Shown: one piece after another, positions 39,349 through 52,526 of the stretch
Position numbering within the stretch: the first letter of the stretch is position 1
Layout of the letters: each line of letters starts with the position of its first letter
Assembly (NCBI RefSeq): GCF_006345805.1
Contig: NC_042999.1
Span: 36,456,001-36,520,000 of the forward strand
DNA length: 64,000 nt
Reading direction: 5' to 3'
From: Octopus sinensis
Lineage: Eukaryota
Program-made: the position numbers and the translations under genes
Notes under the pieces: model-generated
The model's database searches: none
What the model saw: the letters and a program-made list of their open reading frames with translations, nothing else
What the model was told of the DNA's origin: nothing

Positions 39349-40247
39349 AGTTGTGAAGTAAGCTTCTTAACACACAACCACACCAGTGTCCATATCCATT
39401 ATATTATATTTCATTCATTCTATGTCTCATACTGTTAGATATCTTACAATGTCTATCCTCTTGTGTTGTTCTCCATTATACTTTGCCTATTATTATATCT
39501 TGTGTCTTCTGTCATAATTACTTACATCCATTCACCTTTGTTTTGCTTCGACGTTAGGAAGAAGACATTCACAGTGCATCTCATTTTATGCATTTCCTCA
39601 TATCATTTTCAGATATGTGACTTTCAACATGAGTATGTGAATGTGTCCTTGTGCATGTATGTGTAGGAGGATATATATGTGACTGAGCATGTATATGTTC
39701 ATATACATATGTGTGAGTGCACTATATGTACGACTGCGTACGTATATGTGTATGTATGTGTGTGTGTGTTTCTATGTAATTTTTTCAAAATGAATGAAAC
39801 CTTAACCCTACAGGCAGTTTACCTACACAACTGCATTTCTTCGTATAAAAATTTCTAGATGATATTGTATTAAAAATATATGGATTTGTCTGTCTGTATG
39901 TATGTATGAGGTCTGATCAGTAAGTATCCGGACTGGTACTATAAAAACAAAACTACAACATGTACCAATTTGGCATTTAATCTTCTTCAAAGTAGTCCCC
40001 TTTGGAAGCCACACACTTAATCCAGCATTGTTTCCATTGATGGAAGCATTCCTGGAACTTGTTTTCTGGGATAATCAGCAGGGGCCTTGTCACATTCACT
40101 TTAATTTCCTTGGCATCCTGAAATCTTCTTCCTTTCAAGCAGGATTTGATTTTCGGAAAGAGGAAAAAGTTGTAAGGAGAAAGATTTGGGGAATACTGAA
40201 ATGTTCACTATAAAATTATTTTAGCATTTTCTATTTTTTACTTGTTT

Positions 40248-40294
<47 letters not shown>

Positions 40295-40377
40295 CATACA
40301 CACACCATGTATACATACATACACACACACACACGCATGCACACCACACACCTACACACACATATATATATAACATA

Positions 40378-40413
<36 letters not shown>

Positions 40414-41074
40414 TAATGTATATATAATTAAGATTCAGTTGAATTAGGTACTTAATTGAGGCACCAAGCCAGTTTAGTATAGTCCACACAGCTCCGAGTT
40501 AGTGAACAGAATGTAAATAAGTAACAAAGATGTCCAGGTATCAATACATTATGTCTGTTTTGAACAGCTCCATTTAATCAATCAACGAAAACATTGCATC
40601 AATTTGAAAGAAACTGCCCTCCTCAGAAGTATATGACCATATAGATTTCCAACATAAAGTATAAACCATTTTCTAGAAACACAGTTGACGACTCCCAATG
40701 GATTTAATTCTAAATGGTTGTATATTACATGCTGCTTAAAACCTTCTAAATATAAATAACCCCCCCCCCTCGCCACTATTTTCCTCTGCTACTCTCTAAA
40801 TAATAGTAGGCTTAAGAAGATATGCATTTTTTAAAAAAATTATTCTGCCACAAATATAACATAAGGAAACAATGTAATTATTTTGGTTTCCAGTATAGAT
40901 ATAAATTTGTTAAAAATTATTTATCCTTTATGTTGAAAATCTATTTGGTCATCTATGTCTAAGGAGAATGGTTTCTTTCAAATTTATGTAATGTTCTCAT
41001 TGATCGATTAAATGGAGCTGCTTGAAACAGCCATATTGTATTGATACCTGGACATCTTTGTAACTTATTTACAT

Positions 41075-41123
<49 letters not shown>

Positions 41124-41140
<17 letters not shown>

Positions 41141-42098
41141 AATAATTATAATTGTGTACAGTGCTCAGGTGCACTACAACTCATCTAAAGTGTATATATA
41201 ATCAGGTGTAGTTTCGACGGATTTCGGAAAGCATGAGGGCCTTAAAGGATGCAGTGTCATGGCAGTCAACAACTGATGCAGGCAGTTTATTCCACGCTTC
41301 AGCACCCTGAGCGTGAAAAATGTTTCCGAAAGTCATGGGAGCTGTATGTTTTCTGACTTTGTAGGCATGTCCACGTGTGTTAGACACATGGAGATCAAAA
41401 AGGTGTTCAGTGTTGTTGTTGGTGAGGTGGTTGATAACTTTGTGGGTGTTTACCAAGTCCGTCGCCAAACGCCGGAGCTTCAGTGAATCCATGCCCAGGG
41501 AAACAAGGCGCTCAGAATATGGTAGGTGTCTGATGGAGGTATGCGTTTGGTTGCACGTCTCTGGACAGATTCCAGGAGGTCAATGTTCTGTGCAAGATAG
41601 GGGTTCCAAACTGATGATGCGAATTCCAAGTGTGGTCGTACCATAGCTGTATACAGTTTTAAATAGATGGCTGGAGAGCGGCTAACAAAAGACCTGCTGA
41701 GTGATGCCAAGACACCCTCGGCCTTCCTGACAATCTTAGAGATATGCTTTGACCAACGCAAATCACTGCTGACAGTGATGCCTAGGTCACGCTCGCAAGA
41801 GGATTTCTTGATATCAGTGTTGTGGAGGGAGTATGTGAACGCAGGGTTTTTTCTCCCAAAATGCATGGTGGTACACTTGTCACAGCCAGTTTCAGTTGCC
41901 AGTCTGTGATCCATTGCTGCATTGTGTCTAGGTCTGATTGCAGGAAAGAGTTGTAGACATCAGGATCTGCCTCTTGATTTCAAGGTACAGGCTTGATGTC
42001 GTCTGCATATTTCAATACTGTGGCATTCCTTAAATTGGCATCTATGTCGTTAATGTATGCCACAAACAAGAGGGGACCAAGGACAGATCCCTGTGGTA
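41124..42098 (-). mobile_element. 5'-truncated CR1-clade LINE (RT C-terminal half, (TTA)n tail)
   Basis: Reverse strand: VPQGSVLGPLLFVAYIND, KYADD, ERDLGITVSSDLRWSKHI, VRPHLEFASSVWNP, LESVQRRATK, TRGH, WNKLPASVV. A few frameshifts. Confidence 0.92.
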
Positions 42099-42397
42099 TA
42101 TATATATTATATATCACGTGACCGACCAGACCATCAGATGTTGCTTCACATCACTGGTCACAATGCATTCTCATTGCTTTAGCCTTCGAATGACGCCACC
42201 CCACTGGCTAAGCGAGCAGGCCAACAGACGAAAGAGTGGTGAAAGAGTACAGCAGGTATCACCATCCCCTGCCAGAGCCTCGTGGAGGTTTTAGGTGTTT
42301 TCGCTCAATAAACACTCACAACGCCCGGTCTGGGAATCGAAACCACGATCCTACGACTGCGAGTCCGCTGCCCTAACCACTGGGCCATTGCGCCTCC

Positions 42398-42471
<74 letters not shown>

Positions 42472-43342
42472 ATACATATATATATGTACATATATATATA
42501 TATATATATGTATGTATATATACATATATATATATACATATATATATTAATATAAATAATATATATATATATATGCATATATACATATGTATATGTACAT
42601 ACTTACATCTATACATATATATATGCATATGTGGGCACAGGATGTCACGAAAGGTGTACAAAAAAAATACAAGTACAAGTACATGGAACATGAATTATTC
42701 TTTCAAACAATGAAAGACACAAATGGGAAACAAAACAAGCAACATAAAGAACGACCCTTCATCCGTTGTTGGCTCCTTTTCTAGTCTTGTATTTCAAGCA
42801 TTTAACAACACTATACGCTTTCGATAAAACAGTTGCTCCTGCAAGGCAAATTAAATAAAATTTGGGATTTTGCGGAGGGTCAAAATTGGTAACACAAACA
42901 GGACAGTGAAAACAAACAGGAAGGGCTGCTAAGCCTAAACAAGGTCGTGGTGGCGAATGTGTAAATCAAGCTTGGACAGGAGACATACAAAAAGCACATC
43001 TTCCTTGCTCCAGCTACAACGGAGAGAAAGAAAGAAACACAAGTTAGGAGAAGAAAGAAAGATGGCCGATGGTTATGTGGGAGCCACGTGAGCAATGGAG
43101 GAGGAGTGAGAGAGAGAGAGTGACAGAGTAATAGGAGAGAATAGTGGGAGAAGAGGAGGAAAAAGAATAAGAGAGAGAACGAGAAAAACAAAAGAGTAAA
43201 ATGATCAAATAGTGTGCGCATCATATTATAAATATATGTATATTCTTGTAATTGTCATTTTAGTAAATAAATAAATAAGCTGACATTATATAATGCCTAA
43301 AAGTTGATGAACCACTTATTGATCCCCTCCATTTTCTTATTG

Positions 43343-43399
<57 letters not shown>

Positions 43400-44645
43400 A
43401 TATATATATATATAATATATATATATATACATACATACATACATACATACATACATGCACACACACAAATATATATATATATGTATACACATGCACAGAT
43501 ATATATATATACACACATACTACTATCATCATCATCATTTAACATTTGTTTTCCATGCTGGCATGGGTTGGACATATATATACATATTTAAGTTTCTGTG
43601 TCTCAAATCTACTCACAAGGATTTGACCAGCCTAAGGCTATTGTAGAAGACACTTCCCCAAGGTGCTACACAGTGGGACTGAACCCAGAACCATGTAGTT
43701 GTGAAGTGGATGGAAGCACTCCGTCGGTTACGACAATGAGGGTTCCGGTTGATCCGAATCAACGGAACAGCCTGCTCGTGAAATTAACGTGTAAGTGGCT
43801 GAGCACTCCACAGACACGTGCACCCTTAACGTAGTTCTCGGGGATATTCAGCGTGACACAGAGTGTGACAAGGCCGGCCCTTTGAAATACAGGCACAACA
43901 GAAACAGGAAGTAAGAGTGAGAGAAAGTTATGGTGAAAGAGTACAGCAGGGATCACCACCATCCCTACCGTGGAGCTTTTAGGTGTTTTCGCTCAATAGA
44001 CACTCACAAACGCCCGGTCTGGGAATCGAAACCGCGATCTTATGACCGCGAGTCCGCTGCCCTAACCACTGGGCCATTGTGCCTCCACAGTTGTGAAGTA
44101 AGCTTCTTAACACACAACCACACCAGTGTCCATATCCATTATATTATATTTCATTCATTCTATGTCTCATACAGTTAGATATCTTACAATGTCTATCCTC
44201 TTGTGTTGTTCTCCATTATACTTTGCCTATTATTATATCTTGTGTCTTCTGTCATAATTACTTACATCCATTCACCTTTGTTTTGCTTCAACGTTAGGAA
44301 GAAGACATTCACAGTGCATCTCATTTTATGCATTTCCTCATATCATTTTCAGATATGTGACTTTCAACATGAGTATGTGAATGTGTCCTTGTGCATGTAT
44401 GTGTAGGAGGATATATATGTGACTGAGCATGTATATGTTCATATACATATGTGTGAGTGCACTATATGTACGACTGCGTACGTATATGTGTATGTATGTG
44501 TGTGTGTGTTTCTATGTAATTTTTTCAAAATGAATGAAACCTTAACCCTACAGGCAGTTTACCTACACAACTGCATTTCTTCGTATAAAAATTTCTAGAT
44601 GATATTGTATTAAAATATATGGATTTGTCTGTCTGTATGTATGTA

Positions 44646-45915
44646 TGAGGTCTGATCAGTAAGTATCCGGACTGGTACTATAAAAACAAAACTACAACAT
44701 GTACCAATTTGGCATTTAATCTTCTTCAAAGTAGTCCCCTTTGGAAGCCACACACTTAATCCAGCATTGTTTCCATTGATGGAAGCATTCCTGGAACTTG
44801 TTTTCTGGGATAATCAGCAGGGGCCTTGTCACATTCACTTTAATTTCCTTGGCATCCTGAAATCTTCTTCCTTTCAAGCAGGATTTGATTTTCGGAAAGA
44901 GGAAAAAGTTGTAAGGAGAAAGATTTGGGGAATACAGCGGCGCTCAAACACAGGGAATGCTGTGCCTAACCAAAAACTGCTGCTGAATGGGCAGGTGTGT
45001 TGTCATAGTGCAATTGCCACTCACCGGACATACACAATTGTGGCCTTTCCAACGGATAGCATCCCACAAAATGTTACGGTAGTACTCCTTGTTTATTGTC
45101 TGACCATGTGGAGCATACCTATGATGAACAATCCCCTTGTCATCAAAGAAAACGGTCAGCAGTGTCTTCACATTCCTTCAACTCATTCATGCTTTCTTGG
45201 AGAGGTTGGGGTCTTCCACTGCGAACCCTGAGCCTTTGTTTCAGGTCATAGCCATAGAACCCTGATTCATTACCCATTATGACCGTTTTCAAAAAGTTTT
45301 CATCGTTCTCAACACAATCGAGAAGATTTTGAGCAACTGAAACCCAAGTGTCTTTTTGGTCAGATTAAAGCAGCTTTGGCACAAACATGGCAGACATGCA
45401 TCTCATACCAAAATCTTCAGTGATAATGGACTGAACTGAACCATAACTAATCTTCACACCTTCTGATCACTCATGGATGGTGATTTAAAAATTTCCTCTC
45501 ACAGCTGCATGGACATCTGCTATGTTTTTCTCAGTTCTGCTGGTTGCAGGTCTCCCAGAATGTTGGCCATCTCAGAAACTTCTGAACCACTCGTACACTT
45601 CTGTGAAGTTCATGCACTCCTCCCCATACACTTTCTGCAATTTTGCATAGGCATCTGAGCAGATATTGCCAAGCTTTTGGCAAAATTTGATGAAGATTCT
45701 CTGCTCAACTTTCTCTGTCATGGTCAATGCGATGATCACATGCTACATATATTCCTTCCAAGCACAGCTGTTAACAGCATAAGTGAGAAAGAACATTAAA
45801 ACTTAGTGCCCATGCACAGCAGAGTTCAAGGTCAATCTGTGCCAAATGGTTTTACTCTGTGTGCTCTAGCTTTGTTACTATGGCAACAGTCCAGATACTT
45901 ATTGATCAGACCATG
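44646..45915 (-). mobile_element. Full-length degenerate mariner (~1.27 kb); truncated copy at ~39905-40196
   Basis: TIR tgaggtctgatcagtaagtatccggactg / cagtccagatacttattgatcagaccatg, TA at the left end. Transposase remnant KTLLTVFFDDKGIVHH...GQTINKEYY. Confidence 0.9.
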
Positions 45916-45927
45916 GATAATGCATGC

Positions 45928-45959
<32 letters not shown>

Positions 45960-45993
45960 TATATATATAATATATATGCATATATATATGCAT

Positions 45994-46085
<92 letters not shown>

Positions 46086-46118
46086 TATATATATGCATAT
46101 ACATACATATATAATATA

Positions 46119-46171
<53 letters not shown>

Positions 46172-46469
46172 GAATGCTTGTTCATATGGTTTGTGTGTGT
46201 GTGCATGCATATATCAAATATATTTATAGATACATATACACATGCATATATTTGTAAAGTATGTATGAACAGATGTACATATGTAGATTTAAATATGTGC
46301 ATATGATGTGCATATGTAAGTATGTGTGCATGCACACACAAGTATACACACACACACACCCATATATATCTATATATATACATGCACACATACATATATA
46401 TATCCTTACGTAAATATATTTATAGGAGCATATATATGAGTATATAGATACACACATAAATATATATAA

Positions 46470-46545
<76 letters not shown>

Positions 46546-46976
46546 TATGTATGTACACTCACATGCATACACAAATATATATAAGTATATGTGTATGTAT
46601 ATGTATAAACACACACATATGTGTGTAAATATACATAGATATATATATAATAATGTATATAAATTTACACATAAATATATACACATGCCTATCATAAATA
46701 TATTGTCATCATCATCCAACATCCATTTTGAATACTGAAGTATATATATATATATATGTCTGTCTGTGTGTCTGTTTGTCTCTCTCTCCCCCTCTCTTTC
46801 CCCCCTCCACCCTCTCTCTTTATATATATATACATATACATATATATATATATATATATACAGACACATACACATACACTCACAGACACAGCAAGAGAGA
46901 AAACGTGTGCACTGTGCGTGCATACGTGCATGTGTGTGTGTTTTTGAGTGTGTGTATACAGGGACACAAATGTCAC

Positions 46977-47106
46977 CTCCAACCAGATATTCATGACCAA
47001 AGTACTTTAGAATGTCATTCGTCTGGACATTTTTATGTATTGACAAGAACATTGCCCATTGTGTTAATGAACAGAATAAGTAATATTCTGTGTCGTTGAA
47101 ATATGG
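46977..47106 (-). CDS. Candidate internal coding exon of an unidentified gene ([43 protein letters not shown])
   Basis: Acceptor tttttttctttttcaaatatatatatatag, donor GAG|gtgaca. 130 nt, only one of three frames open, non-repetitive peptide. No homolog recognised. Confidence 0.35.
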
Positions 47107-47364
47107 CTATATATATATATTTGAAAAAGAAAAAAATTAAGTAAAAGTTACATGATTTGAAAATTAAATTCATATAACATTTTACATTTGTCTTTGTGAC
47201 TCTGTGTGTGTGTATGTGTGTTTATGCAAGTATGAAGCCAGAGAGACAAAAAGACATGCAGGCAGACAGACAGACAAATGTATAGGGTATGAGAGGTATT
47301 TGAAGACATATTTGATAATTTAATGAAACAAGTCTAATCTAGCAAAAGCCAAATATATTTGGTG

Positions 47365-47550
47365 GCACATAAAAAGCACCCACTACACTCTCGGAGTGGT
47401 TGGCATTAGGAAGGGCATCCAGCTGTAGAAACACTGCCAGATCAGACTGGGCCTGGCGCAGCCTTCTGGTTACCCAGACCCCAGTTAAACCGTCCAACCC
47501 ATGCTAGCATGGAAAAACAGACGTTAAACGATGATGATGATGATGATGAT
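47365..47550 (+). mobile_element. Retroposon family D
   Basis: ggtggcacataaaaagcacccactacactctcggagtggttggcattaggaagggcatcc...aaacgatgatgatg. Confidence 0.85.
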
Positions 47551-47800
47551 GAACATTTGTTTACATATTCTTGATAAGTTTTCTTATAAAGGTATTCTAT
47601 GAATCTGGCCTCAACTTTTTAAGGACTGCTTCAGCGTGGGGTCAGAATCATAGACATAGACATGCCTGCACTAAATAGTTCTTTTTCATTTCAGACATCA
47701 CCTGGACAATGGCAGCTTTCAACAAAGCTATGATATTGTGACCATGTCAGTTAGCCTACCGTTCAAGAATTCTCCAAATGTAGTCAACCATGGGACTTAA

Positions 47801-47982
47801 CCCTTTTCACATTGTTTTGAATTCATCAGGCATTATCTCGTAGATTCAAGATTTTTGATGTTGTGATTGTTTATTTTTAGAATTACATTGTGGGATAGGT
47901 GAAAGAGGCTGGACCTGGTTGGTTTGAACAGAAAGTGAGTAGAATATTTTGGCAGGATATAACCAGTTTAAATGCCAAAGTG
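47801..47982. mobile_element. TTAA-flanked (piggyBac-like) MITE; reverse copy at 50767-50956
   Basis: ttaa|cccttttcac...gccaaagtg|ttaa. The internal cattgttttgaat...tttttagaat(g/t)acattgt is shared with the second copy. Confidence 0.65.
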
Positions 47983-48059
47983 TTAAATCTGATGATTCTG
48001 GAAGCTACAAGTTTGGTTTTACATGATTGTATAGATTATCTGACATCCATTTTAGATAA

Positions 48060-48490
48060 GACTGTGTAACACAATTTTTGTCCTCGGAAAGCAACTGTTA
48101 TTTCTTATTTGCTTACCCCTAGAAAGTATGAAAAATGGCTAATATTTCCTTCAAACTTTGCTTTTATTACATTAATTCAAACCCCCAAAGAATCTCTCTC
48201 AACACATGGCTATGATGCTCCCCACCCCACCCCCGCTACTCCTGCTCATGATCAGAGGTGCACATATTGTCAACCCACTAAGGGACATGTTCAAGTGATT
48301 TGAGTCAAGCAAGTGACAAGAAAATCTGTGGTATTGAGCAGAATATTTGCTATAATGATATTTCTGCTTCAGCAACTCAGTACTTACTCTGTCTGAAATG
48401 TAATGGAAAATATAGGTCAATTTCAAAACATTGATGTTCAGGTCACAAAAGCAAAATTTGACGGGAAGAGTAGTCATTTCCTTTGATTTC
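48060..48490 (+). repeat. Interspersed ~430-bp repeat of unknown class; second copy at ~53870-54280
   Basis: Both start actgtgtaacacaatttttgtcct(c/t)ggaaagcaa and stay collinear to gtagtcatttc. Confidence 0.85.
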
Positions 48491-48976
48491 TAGATAGATA
48501 GGAAATAACACTTACTGACCAAAGACAAAAAATAATAATTAAAATTTTGGTAAGTCCTGTTCAAATATGGCATATGGCATGATATGACCGTCACTACTCA
48601 CCATTTCTAAAACTACCATAGTTACCAAAAATTGAGTGTGCATCACTGGGGGGGGGGGGGGACATCAGAAGGATCAGCACAAAGCCATCTGCCATGTCTG
48701 TTATTAGACTTTTGGTCTTGGTTGAGTTTTTTATAGTGGCTGTTGTTGGCTGTTCGAGTGCATGCTATTAAATGGAAAAACAGTTAGTATGAATCACCAT
48801 AAGACATTTTTGTGTGTAAATATATTGTTTATTCTGTGGTGGAAGCATGTAGTGTGATACAAAAATATATGTTAACATACAAAGAAAGTTTTGATTTCTG
48901 CTTTTGTACTGAAAGAAGTAACATATAATATTTGTATTACAGTATGTATGCATGTGTGTAATGTGAACAGTCATTT

Positions 48977-50651
48977 TGAAGTACTTTTTCACTAATGTCT
49001 AAGGTGCCACAGAAAATTTAAAGATTCCAAATATGTGTGTGGGGGTGGGATAGCTAAAAATGTTGGAAACCATTGCATTAGATTATCAGCTAAATCATGA
49101 CTCTTTGTACTCTGAGTTCAAATGACATCCAGTCAAAACATTATCAATGATGATTCCAGAGAACCAATGAGGGCCTTTACTGAGTGGGCTATCAGCGCTG
49201 TAGTGCACAAGGATATTCAATACAAGTTGTATACACTGAAAATGCCAAGTAAGCTCTGCAAAGACGCAGGAAAACCATTTGTTCTGTGACAAGTGCTTAT
49301 ATTACAAAGTTTAAAGACCCTCATCCACATCCCATACTTTGCTTCTTCTCTGATGAGAAAAACTTGTAACAGAGCTACATATTACAGAGAAATATGTGAG
49401 TTGACTTGCACAGCAGATGAATATATCGATGAGGCATCTAGCCTCACTTTTGAGAATGTGTGTGTGATAAAATATCTTTATTTTTGAACCATATATCTTA
49501 CGTTGAGGTGAATAGACATGTGAGTCACATGTGGGAAATTGTGCGTGGAGTTGTAGAGAAAACATATGTCTTTGACCGAAACCTGGCAGGAACTAACTGA
49601 GAGTTTTTTACAGTGTAACTCAGAACAAGGCTAGTGTCTCAGAACGAGGCCACTGTATCAAAGTGAGGCTAGTGTACCTCATCAATATATTCATCTGCTG
49701 TGCAAGTCAACTCACATATTTCTATGAGTCAAGTACATGAACATGAACATTGAAATAAATATCAATGGAAATAGTAGTTGTGATACCTGTGCCGGTGGCA
49801 CATAAAAAGCACCATCCGTACGTGGCCGTTGCCAGCACCGCCTCGACTGGCTTCTGTGCCTGTAGCACATAAAAAGCACCATCCGAACGTGGCCGATGCC
49901 AGCGCCGCCCTGACTGGCTTCTGTGCCGGTGGCACATAAAAAGCACCATCCGAACGTCGCCGTTGCCAGCGCTGCCTTGGCTGGCTTCCGTGCCGGTGGC
50001 ACGTTAAAAGCTCCAACCGATCGTGGCCGATGCCGGACCCCCCTGGCACCTGTGCAGGTGGCACGTAAAAAGCACCCACTACACTCACGGAGTGGTTGGA
50101 GTTAGGAAGGGCATCCAGCTGTAGAAACTCTGCCAGATCAGACTGGAGCCTGGTGCAGCCCCTGGCTTCCCAGACCCCGGTCGAACCGTCCAACCCGTGC
50201 TGGCACGGAAAACGGACGTTAAACGATGATGATGATGATGATGAATATGTAGCTCTTTTACAAGTTTTTTCTCATCAGAGGAGAAGCAAAGTATGGGATG
50301 TGGATGAGGGTTTTTAAACTTTGTAATATAAGCACTTGTCACAGAACAAATGGTTTTCCTGCGTCTTTGCAGAGCTTACTTGGCATTTTCAGTGTATACA
50401 ACTTGTATTGAATATCCTTGTGCACTACAGTGCTGATAGCCCACTCAATAAAGGCCCTCATTGGTTCTCTGGAATCATCATTGATAATGTTTTGACTGGA
50501 TGTCATTTGAACTCAGAGTACAAAGAGTCATGATTTAGCTGATAATCTAATGCAATGGTTTCCAACATTTTTAGCTATCCCAACCCCACACACATATTTG
50601 GAATCTTTAAATTTTCTGTGGCACCTTAGACATTAGTGAAAAAGTACTTCA
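48977..50651. repeat. Long inverted duplication, ~470-bp arms, right arm interrupted
   Basis: 48977-49383 pairs with 50244-50651, and 49388-49450 pairs with 49660-49723. Confidence 0.95.
49789..50243 (+). mobile_element. Retroposon family D with 4 x 67-bp internal tandem units
   Basis: gtgcc(g/t)gt(g/a)gcac units at 49789, 49856, 49923 and 49990 plus a variant at 50052, then the D tail and (GAT)n. Confidence 0.9.
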
Positions 50652-51839
50652 GTTTTTAAATAAATGGTTAATAGTTGAAATATGTTATTTTTGAAAAAAT
50701 TAAAAACCTACAATAAATATAAAATTTGTAATTTTTTTCAAATGATAATGAAATACTAGCACTTAATCCAGCCATATCCAGTCTAAATTTTCTACCTCTT
50801 TTATATTCAAATCAACCACATCCAGCCTTTCACACCTAACCTACAATGTCATTCTAAAATAAATAATTACATCATCGAAATCACAAAGCTACTTGATTCA
50901 AAATATTGTGGGTAAATAAGCATCACATTTGACAGAGTGATTTGAATGTTAAAGGATTAAATTCATTTTATTACCATTAAATAAATTTCTAAAAATGTTT
51001 AAAAATTGATAATGTAATGAAAACAATTTTTGAACAATAATTTATAATAATAAATAAGCATTTAAAAAAAAGTTTTGTCCAAAGGTGACTTGTTTTCTAC
51101 CATTAATTTAATAAATGCCACAAAAAATATCAGTGTCCATTAATTGCACATTTATTCTCTCTTATTTTATTTCATAAAAGCAAAAATATTTTGTGAGTTC
51201 AATAAAGCAACCATTTATAATCATATAATTTTTATTTTTGATATGATAACAAAAAAATCTCTTGACACCCAGACAATTAATAACTTCTAAAAAAATGGTT
51301 ACTTTTTGAGCACAAAAATTAAATCCCGTAGCAATTTTTTTAAAAAAATCTGTTGTATTACCTTTTTATTGTATTTATTCAATGAGATCCTTGTGACTGA
51401 TGCAGTATCACAAGTTATTCAATATCAAGGGTCTATGGTTGTTAGAGACGAATGAAGATTACCTCTACTTACAATTTCTAAGCAATTGTGAGCTTTTGAT
51501 TGCAGGAAAGACATTCAGCTAGAACTTGACTCAATTAGGTAAGTAAGGAATGCAATGATATATAATTTAATATCTTGCCAAAGCAATGGAAAGTGGAGGC
51601 ATGGGACTTAGTAGATAGGGTGTTGGACTAAGATTGTAGTTTTGATCCCAAGACCAGGCGATGTGTTGTGTTCTTGAGCAAAACACTTCATTTCACATTG
51701 CTCAAGTCTGCTCGGCTGGTAGGGAATTTATATGCTATGGAAACCGAGAAACTGACCCTTATGAGTTGGCATGGCTCAAGAAGGTAACTTTACCCTACTT
51801 TAAAGCAATGGGGATTTCATGACAATTTCACTTCTTGTC

Positions 51840-52450
51840 CATACGTTATTGAAATCGAGATAAAATTTAGCTTGAGCAGTATGATTACTCTACAGCTCAA
51901 TAAGGCTTTCTTGCCATCTGATATCAACTTCAGCTGCATTTGTCCCAAATGGGTCTACCATCCAATTTGGAATGTACATTTCCAGTAGAGCTTTGAATCT
52001 AATTTCCTTATCATCGTACAATTTCTTCAAGTGCTCAAAGTACACTAAAATATCATCCTCTTGCAGCTTCTCCTCAATAGGGGCAAGAGTTGCAAAATGC
52101 ATTAACTTTTTATGCTCAATATTTATCCTGAATTGATTAAGTTTTCCAAGTAAAGCACTAGTAGCCTCTTCTTAAACTAAAAGATTTATACTTTTACCTT
52201 GCAGCAGTTTGTTCAGTAAATTCAGCTTCTCAAATATATCTGAATGGTAGAATATGCCATATTTGGCAGTTTGGATTTCTTCTTCAAGCTGCTTCCCACT
52301 CGGAAATATTATAACACTTGCAAAGTTCAATGAAGCAACACAGGCAATAACCCTTAGAGATTGTCACCAGATGTATGAACTTCAAAACAGTAACATAGTA
52401 TTTAATTCATACAAGACTGTCCAATGACAGCTTAATACTTTATTCATCAA
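51840..52450 (-). mobile_element. hAT Buster/SPIN-like transposase fossil fragment
   Basis: DIFEKLNLLNKLLQGKSINL and FATLAPIEEKLQEDDILVYFEHLKKLYDDKEIRFKALLEMYIPNWMVDPF (ORF 51890-52102). Confidence 0.7.
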
Positions 52451-52526
52451 TGATAAATTATAATTGAAATGTCAAATGTATCTCTTTTTTTTTTTTCTGT
52501 CATGACAAAACTTAATATATAGAAAA

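Larger units (their letters stand above)
36500..44935. repeat. Tandem segmental duplication: copy A ~36500-40196, copy B ~40290-44935
   Basis: Collinear MITE, SINE C2, interspersed repeat, nested SINE A/C1 and mariner end, at an estimated 98-99% identity with small indels. Copy B has an extra LINE. Confidence 0.9.

Noticed and set aside
49345-49380. CTGATGA motifs as possible hammerhead ribozyme cores (also ~62411)
   Set aside because: No stem II followed by GAAA, so the catalytic core cannot be completed.
49789-50085. CRISPR-like regularly spaced palindromic repeats
   Set aside because: Whole 67-bp units are repeated with no unique spacers, no cas genes are present, and the array is internal to a eukaryotic retroposon.
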